From the NCBI GenBank assembly GCA_046330455.1, contig JAXLSU010000006.1, positions 73,601 through 137,600 of the forward strand: 64,000 nucleotides of DNA. The letters run 5' to 3'. The position numbers were made by a program, and so were the translations under genes. Source of the DNA: Gaiellales bacterium. GTDB lineage: Bacteria; Actinomycetota; Thermoleophilia; Gaiellales; Gaiellaceae. Shown piece after piece: positions 1-8,881 of this stretch (position 1 is the stretch's first letter; each line of letters opens with the position of its first letter). The notes under the pieces are model-generated. The model ran no database searches and was not told the DNA's origin. It was given only the letters and a program-made list of their open reading frames with translations.

Positions 1-1
1 A

Positions 2-379
2 GGCGCCCAGTTCCTCGTCGCTCCCACCTACCAGCCGTCCGTCGTCGAGCGGGCGCTCGAGCTCGGCGTCCCGGTCGTTCCCGGCGCGTTCACGGCCACC
101 GAGATCGACACGGCCTGGCAGCAGGGCGCGACGTTCGTGAAGCTCTTTCCCGGCGCGGCGGTCGGGCCTGCCTACCTCCGGGCCGTGCTCGCGCCCCTGC
201 GCGACGTCGAGATCGTCGTCACGGGCGGCGTCGACGCGACGACCGCACGCTCGTTCCTCGACGCCGGCGCAGTAGCGGTCGGCGTCTCGACGGCGCAGCT
301 GCGCGGGCCGGCGACGGCCGAAGCCGATCACACGCCGTCCCCGGCGGCCGTACGCGACCTGCTCGCCGCGGTCGCGTAG
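2..379 (+). CDS. eda: 2-dehydro-3-deoxyphosphogluconate / 4-hydroxy-2-oxoglutarate aldolase, C-terminal part (5' end outside window)
   Basis: The frame is open from the window edge. The translation ...FLVAPTYQPSVVERALELGVPVVPGAFTATEIDTAWQQGATFVKLFPG...EIVVTGGV... is the typical Eda/KHG-aldolase C-terminal half. Stop at 377-379. Confidence 0.8.
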   Translation, partial: GAQFLVAPTYQPSVVERALELGVPVVPGAFTATEIDTAWQQGATFVKLFPGAAVGPAYLRAVLAPLRDVEIVVTGGVDATTARSFLDAGAVAVGVSTAQLRGPATAEADHTPSPAAVRDLLAAVA

Positions 380-469
380 GCTCGCCGACCCCGGGCCCGC
401 ATTCCGGACTGGCGGGTGCGGGCCGCTTTCGGTACAACGAAACTGTCCTCATCGAGCCGGGAGGTCAGC

Positions 470-685
470 ATGGGCACTGCCGAGAGCATCGCCGGCACGC
501 TCGGCTTCATGCTCGCCGTGGTTGCGGCGATCGCCTTCTTCCTCCACGCCGTCGGGCACGCCCTCAGCGACGAGGGACACGTCACGACCGGCGAGAAGGT
601 GGAGGCCGGAATCGCCACCGTCACGCTGTTGTTCTGCATCATCGGAGGCTTCATCTGGTTCCGGGTGCTCATCGTCGGCCTGTGA
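470..685 (+). CDS. small membrane protein (71 aa), hypothetical
   Basis: ATG at 470 is preceded by GGGAGG at a 6-nt spacing. There are two hydrophobic helices (LGFMLAVVAAIAFFL; VTLLFCIIGGFIWFRVLIVGL). GC3 is high. Confidence 0.55.
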   Translation: MGTAESIAGTLGFMLAVVAAIAFFLHAVGHALSDEGHVTTGEKVEAGIATVTLLFCIIGGFIWFRVLIVGL

Positions 686-720
686 CGGCGGGCGCCGGGG
701 CGACCCGGATCGTCTAGCCT

Positions 721-936
721 CTCGTCATCACCGAGTCGGCCACTGTCAGCCTCCTACGCTGGCTGCGAAGCCAGCTCACCCAGCCGGGGTCGTTCCGCGA
801 GCGACTCGAGGCTGCGGTCGCGAACGACGACCCGGCCGAGGTGCGCCGCCTCGTCGTCGACGTGCCGTTCTCCGACGCCCAGCGCCGCTATCTCGAGGAG
901 CTCGTGGACGCCTGGGAGCGGGAACGGTCCCTGTGA
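721..936 (+). CDS. small hypothetical protein (~70 aa), start codon unresolved
   Basis: A high-GC3 frame runs from the TAG at 715-717 to the TGA at 934-936 (…LLRWLRSQLTQPGSFRERLEAAVANDDPAEVRRLVVDVPFSDAQRRYLEELVDAWERERSL). Its stop overlaps the next gene's GTG (GTGA). There is no ATG/GTG/TTG near the 5' end. Confidence 0.35.
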   Translation, partial: LVITESATVSLLRWLRSQLTQPGSFRERLEAAVANDDPAEVRRLVVDVPFSDAQRRYLEELVDAWERERSL

Positions 937-1892
937 CCCGCGCACGGCTCGGGGCGGCGGCCGCAGCCGGACTGGTCGTTGCGCTACTCGCGGCGGCGCC
1001 GGTCGGAGCGCAGCCTGGAAGCTCCTCGATCGAGCGCAGGTCAGTGACGCTCACCGTCCCTCTGCCCGAGGCCGGAGCGGTGACGGTGACGCGGTTCGCG
1101 GTCGGCCTCACGCGGCCCGGGACGTCGAGGAGCGTCGCCGGAGCCCTCACGGTGTCGAGCGACTACGGGCGCCTCCCGTCCGGGGTCACCGTGCTCGCCC
1201 GGCTGCGGACGACCGGGCCCGGCCGCACGGCGATCGACGTGGTCGTAACCCGCCGGAAGCCGGGCACGATCGCACCGGCGCGGGGTGCTTCGCTCTCCGC
1301 CGGCGAGCCCGTCCAGGTCGCGCTCGTCGTCGAGGCGCAGCGCCGCTTCGCGCTGCGGGTGACCGAGGTGAGTCGCTGGCGGTCGAGCCCGCTGTTCGAC
1401 CGTCCGGCGCCGATCTGCCGGCCGGGCACGCCCGCGATCCGCCCGTCGTTCCTCTTCCTCGCGGGTCGGCCCGATCCCGTCGCGGAGCCCTCGCTCCCCG
1501 AGGGAGAGACGTGGGCGGAGCTCCTGCCGGGGCTGCTCTGTCGCGCATCGCCCGGGTCGATCGGCGTGCTCAACCCGGCCGGCTGCGCATTTGCGCTCGA
1601 GCCGGTCGACACGGCGGAGAACGCCTCGCTCGCGGGCTGGTGCGGCTCCACGCTCCGCGAGCTGCGGATCTCGTCGTCGACCCCGTTCACCTCGATCGGC
1701 CAGGTCTCGATCACCGGTCCGGGTGGGAGCCCGAATGCGGGCGCTTGCCGGCTGGAGGGCGGCGCAATCGTCTGCCCCGTCGTGCTCGTCGGGCCCGCCG
1801 GCCTCTCCGCACGGCTTGCCTCACCGGGCGTTCCCGTCGACGTCGAGATCGTCCCGGCCGACTCGCCGCGAGCGCTGTACCGCCTCGGCTGA
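933..1892 (+). CDS. secreted hypothetical protein
   Basis: GTG at 933 gives VTRARLGAAAAAGLVVALLAAAPVGAQP…, a signal-peptide-like N-terminus. The upstream part of the listed 456-aa ORF is Arg/Pro-rich and implausible. No family recognised. Confidence 0.6.
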   Translation: MTRARLGAAAAAGLVVALLAAAPVGAQPGSSSIERRSVTLTVPLPEAGAVTVTRFAVGLTRPGTSRSVAGALTVSSDYGRLPSGVTVLARLRTTGPGRTAIDVVVTRRKPGTIAPARGASLSAGEPVQVALVVEAQRRFALRVTEVSRWRSSPLFDRPAPICRPGTPAIRPSFLFLAGRPDPVAEPSLPEGETWAELLPGLLCRASPGSIGVLNPAGCAFALEPVDTAENASLAGWCGSTLRELRISSSTPFTSIGQVSITGPGGSPNAGACRLEGGAIVCPVVLVGPAGLSARLASPGVPVDVEIVPADSPRALYRLG

Positions 1893-1895
1893 CGC

Positions 1896-3338
1896 CTACC
1901 CGGCGGGGACGCCCGCCGGCGCCGTCTGCAGCTCGTCGCGGCGCAGGAGCACGAGCGTAGCGATCAGGCTGATGACAGCGAACGCCGCCCCGATCCAGAA
2001 CGCGAGCGCGTATCCGCTCGTGAACGCCTCCGGCGCCGGCTCACCGGACTCGAGCAGGCTCTCCGTGCGGGTCGTGGCAACCGTGATCAGGAGCGCGACG
2101 CCGAGCGCTCCCCCGATCTGTTCCGAGGTGTTGATAAGCCCCGAGGCGAGCCCCGCCTCCTGCGGCTCGACGCCCGCGAGCGCCGCGATCGACACCGGCA
2201 CGAACGCGAAGCCCATACCGACGCCGATCAGCAGGAAGCCCGCGAGCAGATCGACGACGTATGAGCCGTCCACCGAGATCTGCGTGAACCAGATCAGTCC
2301 GCCGGCGAGCAGGACCATGCCCGTGGCGAGGATCGGCTTGACACCGACACGCGTCACGAGCGCCTGCGCGACGCCGGATGCGGCGATCGCCGTCAGCGCG
2401 ACCGCGAGGTAGCCGACGCCCGTCTTCAGCGCCGAGAACCCGAGCACCTGCTGCTGATAGAGCGAGAGCAGGAAGAACATGCCGAACACGATCGTTCCGA
2501 GCCCGAAGCCGATGATGTTCGCGCCCGTCGGGGTGCGCTTGCGGAAGAAGCGCAGCGGGACGAGGGGCGACGGCGATCGCTGCTCGATGACGACGAAAGC
2601 GCCGTGCAGCGCCGCGGATCCGAGCAACAGCCCGATCGTCTGCGCCGAGCCCCAGCCGGCGTTGTTCGCCTGCGTGAGCGCGTAGACGAGCATCATCAGG
2701 GCGGCCGTGATCGTCGCCGCCCCGAGTGCGTCGAAGTGCCGCTGCACGCCCTCGAGTCGGCTCTCGGCGACGAACCGGCGGGTCAGGAGCAGGGCCGCGA
2801 CCGCGATCGGCGCATTGAGGAAGAAGATCCACTCCCAGCCGATGTACTCGGTGAAGACGCCGCCGAGCAGCACGCCGATGGCCGCGCCCGAGCCGGCGAT
2901 CGCGCCGAGAATCCCGAGCGCCTTGTTCCGCTCGGCGCCCTCCTCGAACGTCACCGTCACGATCGAGAACACGGACGGCGCGAGCACCGCCCCGGCCGCG
3001 CCCTGCAACGCCCGGGCGGCGATCAGCATCCCGGACGAGGTCGAGAACCCGCAGAGCAGTGAGAAGGCGGCGAAGCTGGCAAGGCCGATCATGAACAGCC
3101 TGCGCCGGCCGAGGACGTCGCCGATCCGACCGCCGAGCAGCAGGAAGCCGCCGAACGTGAGGGCGTAGCCCGAGACGACCCACTGGAGATCCTCCGGCGT
3201 GAAGCCGAGGTCCTCCTGGATCACGGGCAGCGCGACGTTCACGATCGAGACGTCGAGCACCACCATCAGGTAGGCGATTCCGAGCACCGCGAGCGCCTTC
3301 CAGCGACGCGGATCTGCATGCGCGGCAGTGACCAACAT
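1896..3338 (-). CDS. MFS transporter, DHA2 (EmrB/QacA-like, 14-TMS) family
   Basis: MLVTAAHADPRRWKALAVLGIAYLMVVLDVSIVNVALPVIQEDLGF…GGRIGDVLGRRRLF is the classic DHA2 N-terminus. The ATG at 3338 has GGAGGAGGA just upstream. About 480 aa and polytopic. Confidence 0.85.
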   Translation of the reverse strand: MLVTAAHADPRRWKALAVLGIAYLMVVLDVSIVNVALPVIQEDLGFTPEDLQWVVSGYALTFGGFLLLGGRIGDVLGRRRLFMIGLASFAAFSLLCGFSTSSGMLIAARALQGAAGAVLAPSVFSIVTVTFEEGAERNKALGILGAIAGSGAAIGVLLGGVFTEYIGWEWIFFLNAPIAVAALLLTRRFVAESRLEGVQRHFDALGAATITAALMMLVYALTQANNAGWGSAQTIGLLLGSAALHGAFVVIEQRSPSPLVPLRFFRKRTPTGANIIGFGLGTIVFGMFFLLSLYQQQVLGFSALKTGVGYLAVALTAIAASGVAQALVTRVGVKPILATGMVLLAGGLIWFTQISVDGSYVVDLLAGFLLIGVGMGFAFVPVSIAALAGVEPQEAGLASGLINTSEQIGGALGVALLITVATTRTESLLESGEPAPEAFTSGYALAFWIGAAFAVISLIATLVLLRRDELQTAPAGVPAG

Positions 3339-3485
3339 TCCTCCTCCAGACGGCCGTGCTCCGTGCTTCCAGAACGAGCGCGCGCGGCGCATCATTCCGC
3401 ACGCGCCGGACAGGCGGCGCCGAGCGGGCGTCCGCACCGCCGCGCCAACCGGCCGGGGTCGCAGAACGGCTCTGGTCGCCCGGCC

Positions 3486-5759
3486 TCAGCCGGCGGGGGC
3501 GAGCGCCTCCCAGACGCGCTCGGGCGTCATCGGCAGCTCGCGCAGGCGCAGGCCCGTGGCTGCGGCGACCGCGTTCGCTACCGCGGCCGGGCCGCCGACG
3601 ACCGGCGCTTCGCCGATGCCCTTGGCGCCGAACGGCCCGTCGGGTGAGGGAACCTCGACGAGGACGGTCTCGATCGCCGGTACGTCGCCCGCGCCGGGGA
3701 TCCCGTACCCGGTGAACGAGGCGTTCAGCACGTGCCCCTCGTCGTCGGCGAGGAGCTCCTCGTGGAGGGCCCAGCCGATCGCCTGGGCGACGCCGCCGCG
3801 GAGCTGGCCCTCGCAGAGCGCCGGGTTGAGCGCCCGGCCGACGTCCTGGGCCGCGAGCCACCGGCGCACGTCGACACGGCCGGTCTCGGGATCGACTCGG
3901 ACGTGGACGAGGTGCCCCGTCACGGAGGGTGAGGGCGGAACGGAGGCGGTGCGGCCCGTTCCCACGACCGGCGCGCAGCCGCCGCCCGCGACGCGCTTCC
4001 CGAGCGAGGCGAGCTCGACCGCCTGCGAGGGGGCGCCCTTCGGGCGGATCGTTCCGTCGACGAGCTCGAGATCGGCAGGGTCGGCCTCGAGCTCGGCGGC
4101 AGCGAGCTCGAGAAGCTGCGCGCGGGCGTCCTCGGCCGCGGCGGCGACTGCCCGTCCGACGGCGAGGGTTGCCTTGCTGCCACCCGACAGCGGCGCATAC
4201 GGGGCGGTGGCGGTATCCGCCACGGTGATCCGAACGGCCTCCGGAGCGATGCCGAGCAGCTCGGCGACGATCGCGGCGAAGCCGCTCTCGGCCCCGGTCA
4301 TGTCCGAGAACCCCGTCACGAGCGTCACGCCACCGTCGTCGTCGAGCCGGCAGGTCGCACCGGAGCTGTCGGACCCGCCGGGCCAGACCCCGAGCGCGAG
4401 GCCCACGCCCTCGTGCTCCGCCAGTCCGTCGCGGCGCTGCCAGAGCTCGTGAGCGGCGAGGCGCTCGAGGCACTCGCGGGCGCCGAGCCGTGCCCAGGCC
4501 TTTCCGTCGGCCCGCAGGTCGCCCTCGCCGGCGAGGTTCGCGAGGCGTAGCTCGACCGGGTCGATTCCGAGCCGGGCCGCGAGCTCGTCGAGAAGCGTCT
4601 CGAGCGCGAAGGCGGCAGGCGGGGCGCCCGGCGCCCGGTAGGCCCCGAAGCCGACGCGGTTCGTCTCGACGCCGTACGCGCGGACGTCGACCGCGGGCCA
4701 CCGGTAGACGCCTCCGATCAACGCCGCGGCGACGGTCTCGACTCCCCACCCGTGGAACGCGCCCCGCTCGAAGACGATTCGGGCCTCGAGCCCGGTCAGC
4801 TCGCCTGCGTCCGTGGCGCCGATCGTCAGCTCGATCCTGCCCGCGGGGGCGGGGGTGGTGGCGACGAAGTCCTCGCTGCGCGAGAGCGAGAGCCGAACGG
4901 CCCGGCCGACGGCGAGCGCGGCGGCGGCAGCGAGCGGCTCGACGAGCAGGAGCTTCGCCCCGAACGAGCCGCCCATCGCCCGCGGAACGACGCGGACGCG
5001 CTCGACGGGCAGGTCGAACAGCTCGCAGAGGCGGCTCCGCGTCTGGAAGGCGCTCTGGGTGCACGTCTCGACGACGAGCCCGCCACCGGGCTCCGGCCTG
5101 ACGATGCAGCCCGCGGGCTCCAGGTACGCCTGGTGGAGCCACGGGGTCTCGAACGTACCCGACAGGACGACGGGGCTCCCGGCCAGCGCTGCGGTGGCCT
5201 CGCCGCGGCGGTAGCGCCGGCGAAAGACGACGCTCCCCGACAGCTCCTCGTCGTCGGCGGCCTCGTCCTCGTCGCCGCCGGCCACGGCAGCGTGAGCGCT
5301 CCCGAGGTCTGCCTCCTCGGTCTCTCCTCCGAGGCGGGCGCGCAGCGCGCCGGGGCGCATCGCCTCATCGAGGCTCACGATCGCACGCAGCGGCTCGACG
5401 TCGACGACGACGAGCTCGGCTGCGTCCTCGGCTGCGGCCTCGGTCTCCGCGACGACGATCGCGACGGGCTGACCGGCGAAGACGATCTCCTCCCGCGCGA
5501 GCGGCTCGGAGCTGCGCGAGCCTGGCGGCGCGACGATCGGGAGGTCGGCGGCCGTCAGCACGGCGACGACGCCCGGGACCGCCAGAGCGTCGGCGCGGTC
5601 GATCGACCGGATCCGCGCGTGGGCGTCCTGGGAGAGGACGAGGCGGGCCGAGAGCACGCCCGGTCCGTGGAGGTCGCCGACGTAGGGGACGGCGCCCCGG
5701 AGCTTCTCGTCCGAGTCGTGCCGCGGCCGGGCGACGCCGATGACGCCGGTCTCCTCCAC
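3486..5759 (-). CDS. xanthine dehydrogenase / aldehyde oxidase family molybdopterin-binding (CoxL-like) large subunit
   Basis: …ARPRHDSDEKLRGAVPYVGDLHGPGVLSARLVLSQDAHARIRSID…AVLTAADLP…GGSFGAK…FGAYRAPG…GIGEAP…. The start is taken as GTG 5759. The upstream 84 codons of the listed ORF are Arg/Pro/Ser-rich and overlap the MFS gene. Start is uncertain by a few codons. Confidence 0.8.
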   Translation of the reverse strand: MEETGVIGVARPRHDSDEKLRGAVPYVGDLHGPGVLSARLVLSQDAHARIRSIDRADALAVPGVVAVLTAADLPIVAPPGSRSSEPLAREEIVFAGQPVAIVVAETEAAAEDAAELVVVDVEPLRAIVSLDEAMRPGALRARLGGETEEADLGSAHAAVAGGDEDEAADDEELSGSVVFRRRYRRGEATAALAGSPVVLSGTFETPWLHQAYLEPAGCIVRPEPGGGLVVETCTQSAFQTRSRLCELFDLPVERVRVVPRAMGGSFGAKLLLVEPLAAAAALAVGRAVRLSLSRSEDFVATTPAPAGRIELTIGATDAGELTGLEARIVFERGAFHGWGVETVAAALIGGVYRWPAVDVRAYGVETNRVGFGAYRAPGAPPAAFALETLLDELAARLGIDPVELRLANLAGEGDLRADGKAWARLGARECLERLAAHELWQRRDGLAEHEGVGLALGVWPGGSDSSGATCRLDDDGGVTLVTGFSDMTGAESGFAAIVAELLGIAPEAVRITVADTATAPYAPLSGGSKATLAVGRAVAAAAEDARAQLLELAAAELEADPADLELVDGTIRPKGAPSQAVELASLGKRVAGGGCAPVVGTGRTASVPPSPSVTGHLVHVRVDPETGRVDVRRWLAAQDVGRALNPALCEGQLRGGVAQAIGWALHEELLADDEGHVLNASFTGYGIPGAGDVPAIETVLVEVPSPDGPFGAKGIGEAPVVGGPAAVANAVAAATGLRLRELPMTPERVWEALAPAG

Positions 5760-5796
5760 GACGTGGAGGCTACCGAAGACCGGCCCGACCGTTCGC

Positions 5797-6882
5797 TCAG
5801 ACGGCGGCCCGCTCGCGCAGGATGGCGGCGCGGCGGGGGCCCGGGGCCCAGGCGAGCGGCAGCAGGGCTGCGAGCGTCGCGGCGCCTCCGAGCACGAACA
5901 TCGACCGGTAGCTGTCGGTGGCTGCGATCGTCCACCCGGCGATCGGGAGCGCGACGACGGCTGCCGCCGCCCGCAGCGAGAAGTAGAGAGCCGTGTAGCT
6001 TCCGGCCTCCCCACGCGGGATCAGGTGCGCGAAGAGGGCGTAGCCGAGCGTCGAGATCATCCCGAAGCCGACCGCCGCGAGCAGGACGGCCATCGAGACC
6101 GCGACGAGATCCGTGAAGGCGGCGATCCCGAGGAAGCCGACTCCCATCACGGCCACCCCGATGATGAGCAGCGGCTTGTGCAGGCGGGCGCTCCGGAGGC
6201 GTCCGGCCGCCAGCATCGCGATGCCGGCGACGACCGCGAACGCGGCGAGCCAGAGCGACGCGATGCCGGTACCGAGGCCGAGCACGTTCTGTGCGTAGAG
6301 GATGAAGAAGACGGGGAGGGCCGCGTACCCGAGGACCCAGAGGATCTCGGCGGCGAGCATCGCCCTGACCCCGGGCCGCACGAGCAGGCGCGAGTACAGC
6401 CGCATCGGTCGATGCTGATGGGCGGGGAAGTCCTCGTCGAGGTTCTCGCCCACGGGCACGCCTCGCAGCGTCGGCCAGACGAGCAGCGGCATCGCGAGCG
6501 CGGCGAGCAGGAACGGCGCCCACATCGCCAGCTCGCCGAGCATCCCACCGACGACGAGGCCGAGCAGCGCCCCGACGAGCATCGCGACCTCCTGCGCGCC
6601 GTTCCCGCGCGTGCGCTGGCCCGGCTCGAAGCAGTCGTGCACGAGCGCGCGGTGGGCGGTCGTGACGACGTTGACGCCGACGTAGGTCACGAACCCGGCG
6701 AACGCGAGCAGCAGGAACGTCGTCTGGTGCCCGAGCGTGACGGCGACGAGGCCGAGCACGGTGATCGCACAGCCGCCCGCGATGAACGGCCTCCGGCCCC
6801 GGTGCGGGGTGTGGTGGCGATCGCTCCAGAGCCCGACCGTGAGCGGGACGGCGAACCCGGCGAGCGCGTTGACGATCATCAC
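5797..6882 (-). CDS. MFS transporter; the 5' end is probably disrupted or mis-called (may extend to ATG 7015 after a 1-nt frame correction)
   Basis: Polytopic MFS-like sequence. The same frame continues upstream of 6882 as …RRWRGLPYILVFAAAAVGAGLVRTVATTYLPVLLAEIREAPGLIGLV (a clear TM1 and loop) but has no start codon. See the finding at 7007-7015. Confidence 0.7.
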   Translation of the reverse strand: MMIVNALAGFAVPLTVGLWSDRHHTPHRGRRPFIAGGCAITVLGLVAVTLGHQTTFLLLAFAGFVTYVGVNVVTTAHRALVHDCFEPGQRTRGNGAQEVAMLVGALLGLVVGGMLGELAMWAPFLLAALAMPLLVWPTLRGVPVGENLDEDFPAHQHRPMRLYSRLLVRPGVRAMLAAEILWVLGYAALPVFFILYAQNVLGLGTGIASLWLAAFAVVAGIAMLAAGRLRSARLHKPLLIIGVAVMGVGFLGIAAFTDLVAVSMAVLLAAVGFGMISTLGYALFAHLIPRGEAGSYTALYFSLRAAAAVVALPIAGWTIAATDSYRSMFVLGGAATLAALLPLAWAPGPRRAAILRERAAV

Positions 6883-7097
6883 GAGCCCGATCAGGCCCGG
6901 CGCCTCCCTGATCTCGGCGAGCAGGACGGGGAGGTACGTCGTTGCAACCGTGCGTACGAGGCCGGCGCCGACGGCGGCTGCTGCGAAGACGAGGATGTAG
7001 GGAAGTCCCCGCCATCGGCGCGCTGGTGTGTTGGGGCTAGGAACGGCGCACCCTGGTTCGCGTCCAGCCTACACCCGCCGTACCACGGCGCGGCCGG

Positions 7098-7979
7098 CTA
7101 GCCCTTCACGGCGCCTGCGGTCAGCCCCCGGATGAAGTACCGCTGGCCGAACAGGTAGAGCAGGAACATCGGGATCGAGGCGAGGACCATCCCCGCCATC
7201 GTCACCGGGATGTCGATGTTGTACCGGCCCTGGAACACGGTCACGCCGACCATCAGCGTCCGCTTCTCCTCCTCGGGGAGGAACACGAGCGCGATCAGCA
7301 GCTCGTTCCACACCCACAGCGCGTTCACGACGACGAGGGTCACGAGCGCGGGGGCCGACAGGGGCAGCACGATCTTCCAGAGGATCCGCAGGTGGGAGGC
7401 GCCGTCCATGGCAGCCGACTCGAACAGCTCGCGCGGGATCGAGCGGAAGAAGTTCGCCAGCAGGTAGATCGAGAACGGGAGCGTCAGCCCGGCGTAGAGG
7501 ATGATCACGCCCCAGTACGTCGACACCATCGAGAACTGGACGTAGAGGGTGAACAGCGGAATCATCATCACGACTGGCGGCACGATCATGAGCGCCACGC
7601 TCAGCGACATGAAGACGTCCCGGCCGCGGAACCGCATCCGGGCGATCGCGAACGCCGCGAGCGCGGCGCAGCCGGTCGCCACGATGACCGCGCCTCCGGC
7701 GAAGACGGCGCTGTTCTTGAGCCAGGTGAAGAACTCGCCGCCGTGGAGCGCCTCGTCGAAGTTCCCGATCGTGAGCGGCCACGGGAAGCCGAGGATGTCG
7801 TCCAGGTACTGGTCGCGCTCCTTGAACGCGGTCGTGACCATGAACCAGACCGGGTACAGCGCGAGGATCGCCGCACCGATGAGGAGGAGGTGGCGAACGA
7901 CTCGCCCGGACCTCCGGTGCCGCCCACCCCGGCGCTCGACCGGCTCGAGCGGAGTCGTGACGGGGTCGGTGACGCTCAC
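7098..7979 (-). CDS. carbohydrate ABC transporter permease (MalG/UgpE-like)
   Basis: GTG 7979 overlaps the upstream stop (GTGA). It carries an EAA-type loop (…FESAAMDGASHLRILWKIVLPLSAP…) and the C-terminus …YLFGQRYFIRGLTAGAVKG, typical of CUT1 permeases. Confidence 0.85.
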   Translation of the reverse strand: MSVTDPVTTPLEPVERRGGRHRRSGRVVRHLLLIGAAILALYPVWFMVTTAFKERDQYLDDILGFPWPLTIGNFDEALHGGEFFTWLKNSAVFAGGAVIVATGCAALAAFAIARMRFRGRDVFMSLSVALMIVPPVVMMIPLFTLYVQFSMVSTYWGVIILYAGLTLPFSIYLLANFFRSIPRELFESAAMDGASHLRILWKIVLPLSAPALVTLVVVNALWVWNELLIALVFLPEEEKRTLMVGVTVFQGRYNIDIPVTMAGMVLASIPMFLLYLFGQRYFIRGLTAGAVKG

Positions 7980-8845
7980 CCGAGTTCCTCGTCCCGCGAG
8001 CGGGCGCGGACGTAGAACAGCGCTGCGACGAAGATCATCGTCGCGCCCATGAGCAGCACGGCCACCGCGGACGCCATCCCCGGCAGCGAGTTGCGCAGGC
8101 CCTGGTTGTAGATGTACAGCTCGAGTACCTGCGTGGCGTCGCCGGGGCCGCCTCCGGTGAGCGTGAACACGTACCCGAACACCCAGGCGAGCATCGTGAT
8201 CGCCGCGATCACGCAGTAGAACTCGATCGTCCCCTTCAGCTCGGGGACGATCACGTAACGCAGCCGCGCAAACCAGCCTGCCCCGTCGATGCGGGCGGCC
8301 TCGAACGGCTCCTCGGGCAGCGTCAGCAGGCGTGCGAGGAAGAGGACGATCCCGAAGCCGACCTCGCGCCAGACGATCACGAGCATGAGCGTCCACAGCG
8401 CCAGGTCCTGGGAGCCGAGCCAGTCCGGCCCGTCGATGCCGATGCTCCCGAGGATCGAGTTGACGACGCCGTTCAGCGTGAACATGTAGCTCGCCACGAC
8501 GCCGACCACCGGGACGGCGAGGATGAACGGGAAGAAGAGGACGCTGCGGTAGATCCTCCACCCGCGCACGCGCTCGTAGAGCAGCACCGAGACGAGGATC
8601 GAGATCACGAGGAGTACCGGCACGGCGAGCAGGAGCAGCGCGCTGTGCTTCGCCGCCGCGACGAACGTCGGGTCTTCGAAGACGAGCCGGTAGTTGTCGA
8701 GACCGACGAAGGGCCCGCTGTTGCCGCGGATCAGCCGCAGCGAGAAGTCGATCACGCGGGCGACCGGGTAGGCGAACACGAACCCGATCAGGAGGAGCGC
8801 CGGCAGCAGGTAGGCGTACGGCGTCCAGGCGCGCGTCTTCAGCAC
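7976..8845 (-). CDS. carbohydrate ABC transporter permease (MalF/UgpA-like)
   Basis: MLKTRAWTPYAYLLPALLLIGFVFAYPV…FEAARIDGAGWFARLRYVIVPELK…. Six predicted TM segments. GTG start. Confidence 0.85.
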   Translation of the reverse strand: MLKTRAWTPYAYLLPALLLIGFVFAYPVARVIDFSLRLIRGNSGPFVGLDNYRLVFEDPTFVAAAKHSALLLLAVPVLLVISILVSVLLYERVRGWRIYRSVLFFPFILAVPVVGVVASYMFTLNGVVNSILGSIGIDGPDWLGSQDLALWTLMLVIVWREVGFGIVLFLARLLTLPEEPFEAARIDGAGWFARLRYVIVPELKGTIEFYCVIAAITMLAWVFGYVFTLTGGGPGDATQVLELYIYNQGLRNSLPGMASAVAVLLMGATMIFVAALFYVRARSRDEELG

Positions 8846-8881
8846 GGCGGGCCCTTCGTCGGCGTGGTCAGGGTCGATTCG

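Noticed and set aside
2041-5142. A 1033-aa ORF on the minus strand, and many similar long ORFs in the track (for example 522-1892 N-terminal part, 5555-7015, 21261-23462, 34202-36028, 43749-47156, 61964-63943).
   Set aside because: Their translations are Arg/Pro/Gly/Ala-rich low-complexity strings and overlap well-supported genes in other frames or on the opposite strand. This is the expected artefact of stop-codon scarcity in very GC-rich DNA.
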